A stretch of 62,883 nt of DNA, the filler included, from Lenisia limosa (lineage: Eukaryota; Protista; Breviatea): NCBI GenBank assembly GCA_001655205.1. It is 14 parts of 14 records of this genome, joined end to end, with 100 filler letters (N's around TTAATTAATTAA, not from the genome) between each part and the next. Parts side by side here need not be neighbours in the genome. Positions count along the whole stretch, not along the records: positions 35,858 to 45,776 come from LPNZ01011594.1; positions 45,877 to 51,361 come from LPNZ01000615.1; positions 51,462 to 54,503 come from LPNZ01007651.1; 11 more parts are not named here. One strand, 5' to 3'. The position numbers and the translations under genes are program-made. Position 1 is the first letter of the stretch; each line of letters starts with the position of its first letter. Of this stretch, positions 38,216 to 51,544 are shown one piece after another. The notes beneath the pieces are model-generated. The model saw only the letters and a program-made list of their open reading frames with translations, did not search any database and was not told where the DNA came from.

Positions 38216-40610
38216 GAGACAATCCTCCGTACAGTGCCGCTAAGACCGCTGCAGGTGACGGGGGTGTGGGGTTGAGATGTAGAGANNNNNNNNNNTGGTA
38301 GCTTGGCTTGTTCATTATAACCAAATATTCTTCATCGAAATTTCCTTAGTTTTACCCTGTCCCCCTTTGTTTGGTTTGTTGTTCCCAACCCTCAGCCGAC
38401 CTGTTTGATAGGTTCTTAGGGGGTGGGTAATTAATGGGATTGTATACTGTTGAGGGAAAAAGATGTGTTGTCAGCCAACAGAGTTGATTTTGTGTTTTTT
38501 TTTTAATAAATTTTCCAATTTTACCCCCCCCCCCCNNNNNNNNNNNNNNNNNNNNNNNNNNNNNNNNNNNNNNNNNNNNNGGCAGTTATCACGAATCTGT
38601 CAACAGAGCAAGTTGTTGAGCTTCTTTCAGATGTTCTGCTCGAGTTTATGCTCATCCCCTTTCTGGGGCTTTGTTTTGGCATGGTAGGATGGCTGACGAA
38701 CAGCTGCTAGAGTTTAATAGAAAGCTAAACTTAGGATTACGTATTAAACATGATACTAAGGATTACGTATTAAACATGATGCTTAGGATTATGATAATTT
38801 CAAAACTAAGTACCAATATGGTCAACTATTAACATTTATATTTAAAACAAAAGAAAAGTTTAATTTTCAAGTGCAATTGAATTCTTTGACGAAATTTCCT
38901 TTATTATTGCCACATCAGAGTTGCTATTCTGCAACCCCTTTTTCTTTCATATTTCCCCTCCTATTGAATGTCCATCATAGAACATATTTAGTCCACTTCC
39001 GACTCCTCAATTTCACGTTACCTTGTTATTGCTTGTTTTTTTGTTTTTCTTTGTTTGGAGATTCAGATTGTTCGGTTCGTGAGTACCTTTGCNNNNNNNN
39101 NNNNNNNNNNNNNNNNNNNNNNNNNNNNNNNNNNNNNNNNNNNNNNNNNNNNNNNNNNNNNNNNNNNNNNNNNNNNNNNNNNNNNNNNNNNNNNNNNNNN
39201 NNNNNNNNNNNNNNNNNNNNNNNNNTCTCGATTATCATCAGTCAAGTGCTGGCAGCCTCTCCACTTCTTCATGTGAGCATTGGAGGGCTCTAACCTTATG
39301 GGCTTTTCAGATAGGGAGCTGGTACACCCTAGTATCGTAATATCCTTCTCAAATATTTGTCAACAGTGTTACTTTTGCTTTTTGCTTTTGTTTCACCCCC
39401 CCCCCCNNNNNNNNNNNNNNNNNNNNNNNNNNNNNNNNNNNNNNNNNNNNNNNNNNNNNNNNNNNNNNNNNNNNNNNNNNNNNNNNNNNNNNNNNNNNNN
39501 NNNNNNNNNNNNNNNNNNNNNNNNNNNNNNNNNNNNNNNNNNNNNNNNNNNNNNNNNNNNNNNNNNNNNNNNNNNNNNNNNNNNNNNNNNNNNNNNNNNN
39601 NNNNNNNNNNNNNNNNNNNNNNNNNNNNNNNNNNNNNNNNNNNNNNNNNNNNNNNNNNNNNNNNNNNNNNNNNNNNNNNNNNNNNNNNNNNNNNNNNNNN
39701 NNNNNNNNNNNNNNNNCCCTCTTGCTCTGCAACACGCCCTCCACAAGAACGACCGAAACCCTGAGTTCCGCTATGTTGTATGGGGGGGTTAAGAGTTCCA
39801 CTATGTTACAGTTATATGTGATACGATGTTGTAATGAGGGCTGCAACAAGGCAGCTATTTACAATTGTAGCCATAATTCGCTGTCTATTTTCACCTTTAG
39901 CCACCCTATATTTTCCTCCCATTTACGATTTTTAGCCGCGATGGGATGTTGTCTTTGTCATGTGCGAATACATGCTCACACTCCTCCCGTCCGTTCTGCA
40001 GCGATTTGTACTCCTTATTATTCTTCTGATTATTGCCGTATTTGGTAAGGCAATCCTCTTTCATATACATTTCAAATACTTTTACTTTTCAATACATATA
40101 TGTACGTAGTACATTGAAATCTCTTTTTTCATTTCACGATTTAGTTTTTCTTCTTTCCGGTAATTTCTATCTACAACCGTGTCTTGGCAGAGGTAAGATT
40201 ACGCAAAAAAATAACTGGCAATATTAAGAAGGAGTAGAAAACTGTCATTTTGAAGATTTGATATGTGAGGTCTCCAAATATTGGATTCTTCCACGCTGGG
40301 TTCTTTATGTGTATTATTGACTCTCATCTCGAATCAGTACCATATTGTTTCAAAAAACAATAAGGTCTCACGCGAATTAGGCGTGAAGTCCAACCATTGG
40401 CGCAACGCTGGGTTCACAGCGGCACTATGGGCGGCGATATGCAGTCTCATCCTCTACGCCACCAAGCCGGCTGGTCTGACGCTCTGGGTGGCCTTTGTGG
40501 GGTTTTTGCTGACTGCAGCTTGCTTCGCACTCACCAGCATGGCAGTATGGGGAGTTCTGCTTGGGTTGCTTTTGTATTGTGTTGAATATTGCTCTTGCGC
40601 TATCGCTTGA
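38216..40610 (+). CDS. Hypothetical membrane protein (exon joins uncertain)
   Basis: Exon VITNLSTEQVVELLSDVLLEFMLIPFLGLCFGM and a terminal ORF with several hydrophobic helices (NAGFTAALWAAICSLILYA...LWVAFVGFLLTAACFALTSMAVWGVLLGLLLYCV*). Confidence 0.4.
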
Positions 40611-40908
40611 TATGTTATTAAATTGTTATTTATATGTATTTGTGTCGTTTTTTTTGTTTAATTGTTTTATTGCTCTGTTATTATTATATTGTGGTCTAGT
40701 ACTCTGCTTTCGTTGTGAAGTGTTCATGGTTTAACTCCTTTAGCTTTCAATGCGATACTTCAACTACCTTGAAGAAAACTCCATTAATGTTGTCAAAAGT
40801 GGGGAAGGGCTAAATAATGCTTGAAAAAGGGTGGAAATTGCTACATACGCATTTTGACATTGTTTCTCCAGCCAATCTTTCATCCCAATCTTTCACCCCA
40901 AATTTCAG

Positions 40909-43900
40909 CCATTGTCTTACTGCGATATAGCCCTGTCAATTGAGTCTTCCCTGGAACACCAGATCAGAGCAACCAAATCTGTTGCAATGCTCTCCCTCAC
41001 CAGTTGGCGGGTCTTTTACTTCATCGCATATTATTGGAGTGGGATGCGGTGCTGCAGAAGNNNNNNNNNNNNNNNNNNNNNNNNNNNNNNNNNNNNNNNN
41101 NNNNNNNNNNNNNNNNNNNNNNNNNNNNNNNNNNNNNNNNNNNNNNNNNNNNNNNNNNNNNNNNNNNNNNNNNNNNNNNNNNNNNNNNNNNNNNNNNNNN
41201 NNNNNNNNNNNNNNNNNNNNNNNNNNNNNNNNNNNNNNNNNNNNNNNNAACCGTCCTCTCCTCCGTTTCTTGGGCCTTGGCAAACCTGGCATTCGAACGT
41301 GGGATTGGGGTGTTGTGCGATGAGTTTTTTTATTTTTATTATTTCACTCTCGTAATTATAAAGATTGAATTGTGCTTTATGTTCCTTATGTTCCTTATGT
41401 TAACAGGATCTTTATCTGCTTTCATTCCTAAATTAATATCCTCCTCTGGCTTGCTTTTGTTGCAGTTCACTATTTCTGAACTTATCGTATCATTCTCTTG
41501 CTTATTAAAGCGCGAGTCCAATTAATGGTGATTTTAAGGATATTTTCCTCAAACCCCATGTAGTCAACGCTGATAATCATATCACCAACAGAGAGTGAAA
41601 TACACGGGGGATTAGAGACCCAAGAAACGTCCTCTCCTCCGTTTCTTGGCTTCCAGAACGGGAAATCTCTCAGTAGACAGCGTCCCAGGAGCTGCCCTCA
41701 CATCAACCGCTGCCTCAGCTCGGCTGGTAGAGGGACTCGTTCTTCCTGAACAACATTATAAATAGGTATAGAAGGAGCAACACAGATTAAGAAGGATTAT
41801 AAAACCTGTCCAAAGTGACCTCGATATGGTGATGCTGCGCTTCGTAAGTTTCCATCATTCTCATGGACAGATTGAGTAGCTGCGGCATTATAGTTTTCAA
41901 AACTTGGAGGAAAGCTTTTTTTTGGATGCAAAAGACTACAAACATGGTAAAATAATCGGTAAACCTAGGGTGGTGGCGGAACTTCCGGCTGGTTTGCCGA
42001 GATTAAGACCTATTAGAATCCTTAAACCCAAACGTTGATAGCAATAAAAACGTGGAATGGGGATTTCACATTTTTGTATATTTTTTTTAAAAAAAGATCA
42101 TTCAACTCATTCAATACAAGTTCAATGCCGATTGCTGGAACCACCGAACTGCCCGCATAATGCACTTTCCCTGCAAGATACAGTGATATACGGGGAAGCA
42201 AGCTAGGAATATGCAAAGAAAAAAAAGCCGCCTGGTGTATGCCTTGGATGTGTACCCCTCTTCTTGTTCTTAAGGAATTGGTCTGAAGCGTTGGCAGCTA
42301 TTAGAAGGCACTCGTACATCACGGGCAACTTACCAGTAACCTGGACTTTTAACTTAAAGTTATGTAGCAAATGTGTTTTCGCCGGTCAGGTCAATCAGCT
42401 GTTTGGTAGTAGTCCTAAATCGTAGAAACTAGGTTATATAATTTACCCGCTTTAAGCAACCCCCCCCCCTCCCACTCCTCTCTTCCTGTTCCTTCCCCCA
42501 TCTGACTATTCCTCCCTCTTACTAGATTGTAACTGTTTGAGACTTTGCTTTATCCCAGGGTTTTGTTTCTCTTATTTATTAATCTAAAGTGCGTTACCCC
42601 CCCCCTTAGCCTCAGTTCGACAGGTGGTTGTCTCCCACGGCGCTCTTCCGAAGCTCCTTAAATCCCTTCGCGAACCCTGGGACGTGCCGACACTCGTTCG
42701 GCTCCTTCTGCTCTTCTCTAATCTCGTTTTAACAAGTTGGGGGACTTTTTTTATTAGTTCCTCAATTCATATTGGTATTAACACATGCATGAAACGTGAC
42801 ATTCACCCTGTAATTGAACATTTTTCTCTGTTTGGGAAATCCTTTGTTATTTACGTATGAAATAGCTATCTACAACTTTTTTCTCCTCTTTGCTATGTAT
42901 ATTGATATGCACTATGTGATAAAACCGATATGATATTTTATAGTGTATGTATAGTACATACATGGATATTCGCTTAGTATGCACTCCAATTCACCCCCCA
43001 GATGAGACGATTATAGAGGCATGTACCGACTTTGTTGTGGTGAAGCGCCTGGCCCTGATTTGTGACGGCAACTTTGTGACCATTCCTGACCCCCCCGAAC
43101 CCCCAGAATCATCTTCGTCCACCCCGTCTTTGACCGGTCCGGGGAGGGGGGGGATTGCATGGGGTATACATCGCCATCACCACCACCACAATATCGATAC
43201 CTCCAGAAGCCAAGCCAACTTCAATATTTGCATATTTGCTTATAATATATGATACATAAATTGCAAATAATATAACCTCTGGATACATATTAAATCATAT
43301 GACCTTATATGTACATTGCATGAGTGACGGTTTGTGTGAAAGGCTTCAACTATCATATCTCAACGTATTGTCAGAATATCCATAGTATTTTATTATCATT
43401 TTCTAAGATGTTTCAAGCGTTCTCCTAGGATCATGACATTTAGGCGCGGAACGTAGGCGTAGTAGGGCGCTCTCAGCATCTTCAAACGCCATCATGAAGC
43501 AAATCGGCCGTANNNNNNNNNNNNNNNNNNNNNNNNNNNNNNNNNNNNNNNNNNNNNNNNNNNNNNNNNNNNNNNNNNNNNNNNNNNNNNNNNNNNNNNN
43601 NNNNNNNNNNNNNNGAGGGATGGCTAATACACTACATTTATATAAGGAGGGGATGGCTAGTACTACATTTTTATATGGATTGAAGGGGTGTGAGCAGTTC
43701 CAAAAATGTTCAGTTAGTTCTTTGAGTTTGCAAGTTTCTCAAAAGGTTCCCTCCGGAGTGATGGGATGCGGTGCTGCTGTTGTTATCAACCCAAGTGTAT
43801 CAATTATTTTCACATTGTTTCGTTTTGTTATATTTGAATTGGTCCTGAGAAACATTTTGGAAGAGATTACCAAAAAATTCTTCTCATCCATCCATCAAAC

Positions 43901-45460
43901 TAAACAAAAAAAACACTCCTCTCTCTCCCATAAGTGCTGGCAACAACACCATAGGCCAGTAAATGCAGACTTTCATTTTTCCTTTTCCTCCTTGAGCATT
44001 TTCAAGGTGACTGAAAAGTTTTCAGAGAGGATAAAAAAGTTTTCTTCCATTTTTTTACAATTGGAAAACCAGGCCTGGGAATCCAAGAATACAGTGTCTG
44101 GGTTAATTATGTTCAGTTATATATTCCATTTGGCTGAATGGGATAAACAACAGTTTAAACTATTGTTAACACCTCTNNNNNNNNNNNNNNNNNNNNNNNN
44201 NNNNNNNGTTGATTTTGGCCTTTTTTTGTTTCATGTCCAATTTACCCCCCCCCCCCAGCAAGCGAAAAGGACATAGTGCAGCGCAAGGCGAAGTTTTTCT
44301 CTATTTCCGACCAAAACGCCCAACTCAGACGCAACTCTGCCCGGGTGCTTGTGGGAAGGGGAGTGCCGTGTTGTCTGGTTTATTTAGTTCACTTTTACCT
44401 TTGCGTGTATCTTGGACGAAAGGATGGAAGGATGATAGGATGACCCCCCCCCCCCNNNNNNNNNNNNNNNNNNNNNNNNNNNNNNNNNNNNNNNNNNNNN
44501 NNNNNNNNNNNNNNNNNNNNNNNNNNNNNNNNNNCAGAAAAGCGACATTATAGCCACCGGGGCAGTCAGCAGCTTAAGTCGCGCTCTGTTCACTTTCTCT
44601 GTTGGGAATGGGTTACTATTGATTATACATGATAATGAGGCACTTTCCATTTCCCATAGGGGGATCCGATCCGATAAGGCATTTTAGATTTCAGAGAATA
44701 AACATAGAAATCTCTTCAGCATAGGACTATTCGTAAACTTTACAAACTTTTCACTCTGCAGTCGACGGATTTGCATCGATGGGCCCTTGCCGCCCTCAGC
44801 AACCTCGCGTCTGAACGTGGGGAGTGGGGACATCAAGACCATTTCAAATATTAAAAAACGAAGCAATGTAAAAACAAGAATACTTAATATAATACAACTA
44901 CTAAAAACGCCTATTCTTTTGAACGGGCTGGTCTTTCTGTAAATTGAAAAATGAACAGTCTGGTCCCATTATACCTAAATATCTGTTGGGGGTAAGGTAA
45001 CAATAAGATTAATAGTAGAGGGTGGTGGTCTGATTACACTATTTGGCAAAACCCCTTTCTTTTCTTCAACAACTCTCATTTAACCGAGCCGATTACACCT
45101 CAATAGCATTTGTCAGCTTTGTTTTTTCAACTTCCTACAGAGGATTTCATAACCACCATCAGAATTAGCGCGGGAGGAAATAGTCAAGCAAGGCGTTGTA
45201 ATGGCTCTGAAGAAGTTCCTCAGTCCTTCATCATCCGCTGAAATTGTGGAGAGGTGGGGAGATACTTTGAGGGATTCGTTGTCAATATTTTACCCTGCCA
45301 TTCACTTTCCATAAGACAATCCACAATATTGTTCCCTTACCCACCCAATGATTTGCCCACTCACGCCAATATTTTCCCCTTGATTTATCTCGACAGAAGG
45401 ACGGCCGTCCGTTTGGCTGGCCACCTTGGAGTGACTAAGGAGTACCGAAATGTAGGTGGC
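40909..45460 (+). CDS. Armadillo-repeat protein (partial)
   Basis: ARM-like exons: TVLSSVSWALANLAFE, VRQVVVSHGALPKLLKSL, KSDIIATGAVSSLSRAL, DLHRWALAALSNLASE, REEIVKQGVVMALKKFL and RTAVRLAGHLG. Confidence 0.75.
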
Positions 45461-45570
45461 GGCTTCTTTACTCTCATGCAGGTCGATGTACAGTACTGGT
45501 TCGACATGATTGTTATCATATATTATATACCAATATTACATATTGATACATATATATATATATAGCTATA

Positions 45571-45645
45571 CAGTGGCCGGGATGATTCTTAACCCATTTC
45601 CTTGGGAAATCAGAGCAAATCGGTCAAGACCTTTCCCGGTCGCTG
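45571..45645. mobile_element. MITE family B copy
   Basis: TA|CAGTGGCCGGGA ... TCCCGGTCGCTG. The internal AAATCGGTCAAGAC and CCTTGGGAAATC segments match the reverse complement of 17829-17906. Confidence 0.75.
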
Positions 45646-46679
45646 TGCATACCAGATGTATGTGTGTTGCGGATTCATCATGAGTTACATACAATCATAT
45701 CTCCTCAACACCACCCCGCTGGAGTGATGGGATGCGGTGCTGCAGAAGCTGGAGTGATGGGATGCGGTGCTGCAAANNNNNNNNNNNNNNNNNNNNNNNN
45801 NNNNNNNNNNNNNNNNNNNNTTAATTAATTAANNNNNNNNNNNNNNNNNNNNNNNNNNNNNNNNNNNNNNNNNNNNGGGGGGGGGGGGGCAATGGACGGA
45901 ATTTTTTTAAAAAATAATCAAAATAAACGCTGTTGAGAGTTGGAAAACTACACACAAAGCCCAGGTGTCGCTACTCACTCTGGGTTGAGATATAACCAGA
46001 TTAAACGCACCCTTTCTTTTGTTAACAGTGAAACTTTGTACTGAATTTGGCACAGATAATCAATGTTAATGGCCCTCCAATCAATCTATTCAACATATCT
46101 TCTTGCTTTTAATAAGCCACCCCACCTCCAATCTAAGCCACCCCACCTCCAATCCTGTTGTACGTTTGAAATGTCATGGGTATGGCTTTGGAGTTAACTA
46201 CATTTGATTAGTACTAGACTTCTGCCAAGTTTGGAAAATAAGTCATTAAGGTTCCAAACACACATATCGATACTTATCGAGTGTTTATTTAACTATGAGT
46301 TTTTTGAGGATTTTCCAAGAAAATTGGCTTTTTGGTTGAGACAACGTTGTCAGCTAAATGACACTACGTGTAATAATATTAGACATGCAACCATTATCGC
46401 CTATGTAGATGCACACTCTCCCACACACGGTACTACACAATAGTGATATAATATAGCAGTATTATATTATATAAAATATGTTGAAATGAGACCCAATAAC
46501 AAATCAGCCGTTCATTCTATCAAGCTTTTAGCTGATTTATGATATTGAAATTATGATATGAATTTATCATTCAATATGAAGGATATGCATATTTAGAAAT
46601 ATCATATGTAGATTAAAGTACCTCTACTACTGCAGAAATGAGAAATAAAATAAGTACCTTTCTTTTACCCCCCCAACTT

Positions 46680-48285
46680 GGTACAGCTTGAGCCATCATG
46701 GAACTTGGCAACGGCTGCTGTCGATTCTGAATAGTCAGCAAAGGACAAAAAAAAAGGTCTTATGCCTAATATGCAATATGCACATTTGTTTTTTTGTTTA
46801 AAGAAAGGACGAAACAATTTTGGAGAATTATTTTCAGTATATGTATACCTAATTGTGACTTGACCCCACCCTCTGACTGAAAAGAGGAATGAATGCTCTT
46901 AATGTTCAAATAACACATGTTAATAGCGGGTAAGATAACAGTGAAGATCAAATAACACATGCTAATAGCGGGCAAGATAACAGTGAAGATCAAATAACAC
47001 ATGTTAATAGCGGGCAAGATAACAGTGAAGATCAAATAACACATGCTAATAGCGGGCAAGATAACAGTGAAGATCAAATAACACATGTTAATAGCGGGCA
47101 AGATAACAGTGAAGATCAACTAACACATGCTAAGAGCGGGCAAGATAACAGTGAAGATCAAATAACACATGTTAATAGCGGGTAAGATAGCAGTGAAGAT
47201 CAAATAACAAAAAGGAGTTCCCAATCCAAAAGGGAAAAAGTTTTGCTTAATCCAAGATACTGAAATGAATAGTAATGCAGAACTTAATCTCCCTCATATA
47301 TGTATGGAGTTGAACAAGGAGCCAATTCATATGCGGCGCTTCACTTCGGTCCAAAAATACTACATTTTACGATAAATCATCCTATATTATCGATATTATA
47401 CCAGTGTTTTTGGACTGAAGCGAAGACCCAGTTATACAAATGTAAAGCTGGTTATTGGGACATTGTTCAACTTGTTGAGGTTTTAAATTGGATATGTGAA
47501 TGGCTCCATCCCAGACATTTTGGTTCTTTCTTTCAGAAAATAAATAACTACATGTGTTCAATAGTTATGAAAAAACCATCAAGCTGAAGTGTAAAAATAT
47601 GATAGTAGACATTCAGTAAGACGTTTTAGAAATCCAATATCATATGCTATGAGATATATAAAACATGATGAATTATTGAATAATTTCAAAAATATGATAA
47701 GACAGGCTGTTAAATTAGGCATGTTATTCAGAATGGACACTTTCAAACACCACTCTTTAATTGCAATCTCCGGTTATTATCACATATCGATATACTATTA
47801 AACATAAAGAAGCACACAAATGTTTAGTTAGTCCTGCGAAAGGAGAGAAAAGAGGGAAAACACAGTCCACCCTATTAAGAGTGAAAACTTTTAAAACTAC
47901 AACATTGAAAGGTATTCTGTATTTACTTCGTGTTCAATGTTGATTTTTATGTTACGCGGCCTGTTTTAGTGATTATATTATACACAATAAAAATATTATG
48001 TAATAGTTTATTTCTCTTGTTTTTCTTTGCACCATTTTTAATTTTATCTATGACTCCTTTATTATTTTTAGTGAGAAAGTGAACTAATATGGCAAATCAA
48101 AATCGCCAACCAAGCTTGGGGCACCACGTCGTTGGACATCCATCTCCTTGCGCAACAAAATGTTGCTCTGTAGCCTGTTGCTCTGTCCTGTTGACGGCTC
48201 CGGCGAGAGCGATGGTGTTGGAGACTGTGATAGCGAGTCCGATCGATACACTGACATTGCTGAGGCTAGAACGTGGAAACGGGGA
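46680..48285 (-). CDS. Hypothetical multi-exon protein, possibly secreted
   Basis: Exon SLSNVSVSIGLAITVSNTIALAGAVNRTEQQATEQHFVAQGDGCPTTWCPKL with AG/GT ends, and downstream exon ESTAAVAKFHDGSSCTK. Confidence 0.35.
46908..47209. repeat. 42-bp minisatellite, about 7 copies
   Basis: Unit AAATAACACATG(T/C)TAATAGCGGG(C/T)AAGATAACAGTGAAGATC, no spacers. Confidence 0.95.
47335..47429. mobile_element. MITE family A copy
   Basis: GCGCTTCACTTCGGTCCAAAAA ... TTTTTGGACTGAAGCGAAGACCC. Further partial copies at ~11375-11440, 21722-21781, 52180-52258 and 62194-62276. Confidence 0.75.
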
Positions 48286-48595
48286 GGGTCGATCTACTCA
48301 ACAGCAAGTAGAACGGAAACTGACAGAGCTGTCTCGGTTTTCGGGGAACTACGGAAAGTCTCTTTTCTATTTCTACATATTAGCTTCTTCACGCTAGCAT
48401 TATGGGAGGGGAAATAGATGATGGAGAAGAATTTATTTTGGAGTTGTGTTATTACGGCGCCGCCATATAAAATAGTAGAATTCCCCTAAAAAAATTCCCT
48501 ATTAGCACACATAGATGGGAGATTCACTCGCATTAAGGTACTTCATGACTAGTTAGACAGAGGCAGCGAGACAACACCTCGAGGATTTGGTCACA

Positions 48596-51030
48596 ATGGC
48601 CGAAGTAGTGTCTACAACGGACTCCCCGTCCCTTCTCTTCATTGTTTACACCATCTTACTCGGCCTGCTCATCCTATTCTTCATCTTCTTCTCCAACAGA
48701 GTCTTCGCATGGTTTGCCCGGGGGATCTTCTTGGGTGGTTGTATAATGAACCTTACAAATTACAAAGTATTGTCGAAGAGCTTTATTAGGTGGAGAATGG
48801 CAGTATATTCAATTTGCATATGTTAAAAAACAGTAAAATGTTTTTATATTAGATGCTGTCATATCGTATGTTGTAATGATTCTTGCCATATTTATTATGC
48901 AATCTTAGCAGTTCTTCATTTATATAATACCATGATCTAACGTATCAGGGTCTTAACACTGATTCTGAACCTTTTCGCCATGGGAAGAGAGCACTACATC
49001 AAAATCGGTGAGAGTTACTAAACGGTGATAAGACTGATGGTGGTAGCGGTTATGGTAGTGTTGTTGATGATGATAAAATAGTGATTATATTATGATGATT
49101 GTATTGATGATGGTGGTGGAGTAATTGATAGTGATGATATGGATGGTAATAATGATAACGATGATATTTCAGCGTTATTGACTTTACAAATATGCTTAAA
49201 AGTTGACAACAACCCATCTAGACATGGTTTAACAGGGTATATTGATCATGTAAAGCACGTATTATGAAACAGCCTTATGTACATGTACTATATGGTATAG
49301 AGTACACGTACATCATCCTCGTCACTTACAATTTCTGACATTCAACAAGACTATTGCAATAAGACTAATTTATTAATAAGTTTCCCAACTTTAGTTTTTC
49401 TCTGGGATTGGTGCTTTGATTCAGACAATAGGATAACAATTATTAAAAAAAGGTTGTTTTGTGTTCCAGTTCTATTAGTACTAGTAGTGGCCCAATAGCA
49501 ACTATAAATTTTTATGCGCTATTATATTATTTGGACGATTCCTTAGTATGTCAGTTTCCTCCCAACGGTAGAATTAGGGAAATTTGATACTCTGTAATAA
49601 GTAATTTAGATGGTTTCTTTGAATGCTAGTTTTCGAAATTAAAGGCAGTGAAATTTGTGATAGTTTAGTGGATATAATGGATAATTCCATAGATAAAATT
49701 GATAAAATGGATAATTTCGTTGATGCATGGATAATTTCGTTGATGCATGGATAATTTCGTTGATGCATGGATAATTTCGTTGATGCATGAATAATTTCGT
49801 TGATGCATGAATAATTTCGTTGATGCATGAATAATTTCGTTGATGCATGGATAATTTCGTTCAGATTCAGTGCAACTGGCGATAGTGGGCGGGCGATTGA
49901 TTATACACAAAGTCCGCTACTTCACCAAAAACACTTGCCTAAGGGTCCAGGTAGGGGTGTATTGAAAGGAGTTGGGTAGAGGTGTATAATGTTTTGGTGG
50001 TGTCGGGAAGGGAGACACTCACAAATACATAGGTTGGAAGTTCCAATTGAAAACAAACTGCTGGTTTTTAATATTTTGCCTAGGTATCAAGTATTCTTAC
50101 CGAGCATGCACATATAAGATCTGTCAAGCATATTGCCTATTTTTACCTTTAGTTACAAATATTGCCTTTTACCCGGTAGGATGCAGTCATCATCGTGAGG
50201 TGGTATCGAAAGGAGGTTTCTGACCCGACCAAATCTTGTGAGGCGTTTTGGTGTTTATTCGGAGGGCATGTTTAAGAGGGGGGGTCGAAGGGAGATACTG
50301 TAAATGTATATGTATGTACATGTATATGTAGCACATTATTCTTAAACCACCAGTTAGTTCCTCTCTTCACCACTCCATCAGTATCCCTGTTCACCACTCC
50401 AGCGCTGCAACTGCCGTGTCGGTTGGAGATCCGCCTGGATGGTCTTGAGTACCTTATCTACAATAACTCATATCATGTAAGGGGAGTGTCTCATCTATAA
50501 TGTGTCTTCTATAATGTGACAAATGTTATTCGACCGATTCACACTGATACCTTTGTTCATCATTTCGACTCGAAAGTCGGTCAAATGATCTTATCACTAG
50601 TGGATATGGGTTAAAACATGTATTATGTTTCATAAATTGTTCATTTTACCGCCCCTTCAGGTTGACAAGCTTCATTCGGCCAAGTCGAAGAGGTCAAACC
50701 CCCTACTCAACCACCCTGGAATTGCTGGTTCGTGGGATTTCTTTTTTGGAAACATTTGATTTTTTTGCGTTTGCGTCATATTTCTTTTGCACGTGTAACC
50801 CCCAAAACACAACAATATAAGATCATATGATATAGTATATATATAACATAACGCAAAAAAACGAATGTTTCTTTTGCGTTGTGTGTTATCTAGTTTCAAT
50901 ATTGTTCGCATAACCCCTCAGGAGCTGCAACCGACAGCAAGGCTAAAGAAGCAGCCAGACACACCGCGGAGAACATCAACCCCATCTTCTACCGAATCTT
51001 CCCAGCGGTTTCTATCAACATCAATAAGGG
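48596..51030 (+). CDS. BLTP1: Bridge-like lipid transfer protein 1 (BLTP1/KIAA1109/Tweek/Csf1), N-terminal exons
   Basis: TM anchor then FFSNRVFAW|VLTLILNLFAMGREHYIKI|DSVQLAIVGGRLIIHKVRYFTKNTCLRVQ|DAVIIVRWYRK...|LPCRLEIRLDGLEYLIYNNSY, collinear with the conserved Csf1/BLTP1 N-terminus. Confidence 0.9.
49709..49860. repeat. 20-bp minisatellite (~7.6 copies) abutting a BLTP1 3' splice site
   Basis: Unit G(G/A)ATAATTTCGTTGATGCAT. The last partial unit runs into TCAG|exon at 49865. Confidence 0.95.
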
Positions 51031-51544
51031 TGGGAATATCCTTCCCTACGGTCCCCTAAAAGACCGAACTTCCCGATAAATCCTCGAATAACATCATTAT
51101 TATACCCGACTTTTTCGGACCTAGGTAACCCTGTCAGCATCAATATGGGTGGGGAATGTGACAGGTGTTGGGGTAATCCCAAAACCAATTAAAGGGGGTA
51201 TTAAGGGCTATTCTAAAAAGGTCTGTGTTAAAACAATAAAAAGGGAGGAAAGTGTATTTTTATGAAAAAAAAATTAAAAATTCTAGATTATAGGTTATTT
51301 TTGTAACTACAGACTTTTTTTTAAAGAGCCACCCTATTTTTGGACAAGCCGTAATAAGGTTNNNNNNNNNNNNNNNNNNNNNNNNNNNNNNNNNNNNNNN
51401 NNNNNTTAATTAATTAANNNNNNNNNNNNNNNNNNNNNNNNNNNNNNNNNNNNNNNNNNNNCATAATTAAGCAGGGATATCCCCCATGTTCTAATATAAT
51501 ACCCCCATAGCCCTCACAGGAAGTTGTTTTTGATTTGTCTGTCA

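Noticed and set aside
46908-47209. CRISPR-like array or repetitive ORF (IFTVILPAINMCYL)n
   Set aside because: The units are contiguous with no unique spacers and no cas genes. The ORF arises only because 42 is divisible by 3 and the region appears intronic.
49021-49170. GAT/GGT-rich stretch as an acidic coding exon of BLTP1
   Set aside because: It has stops in all frames, and the flanking exons join in phase without it. It is low-complexity intron sequence.
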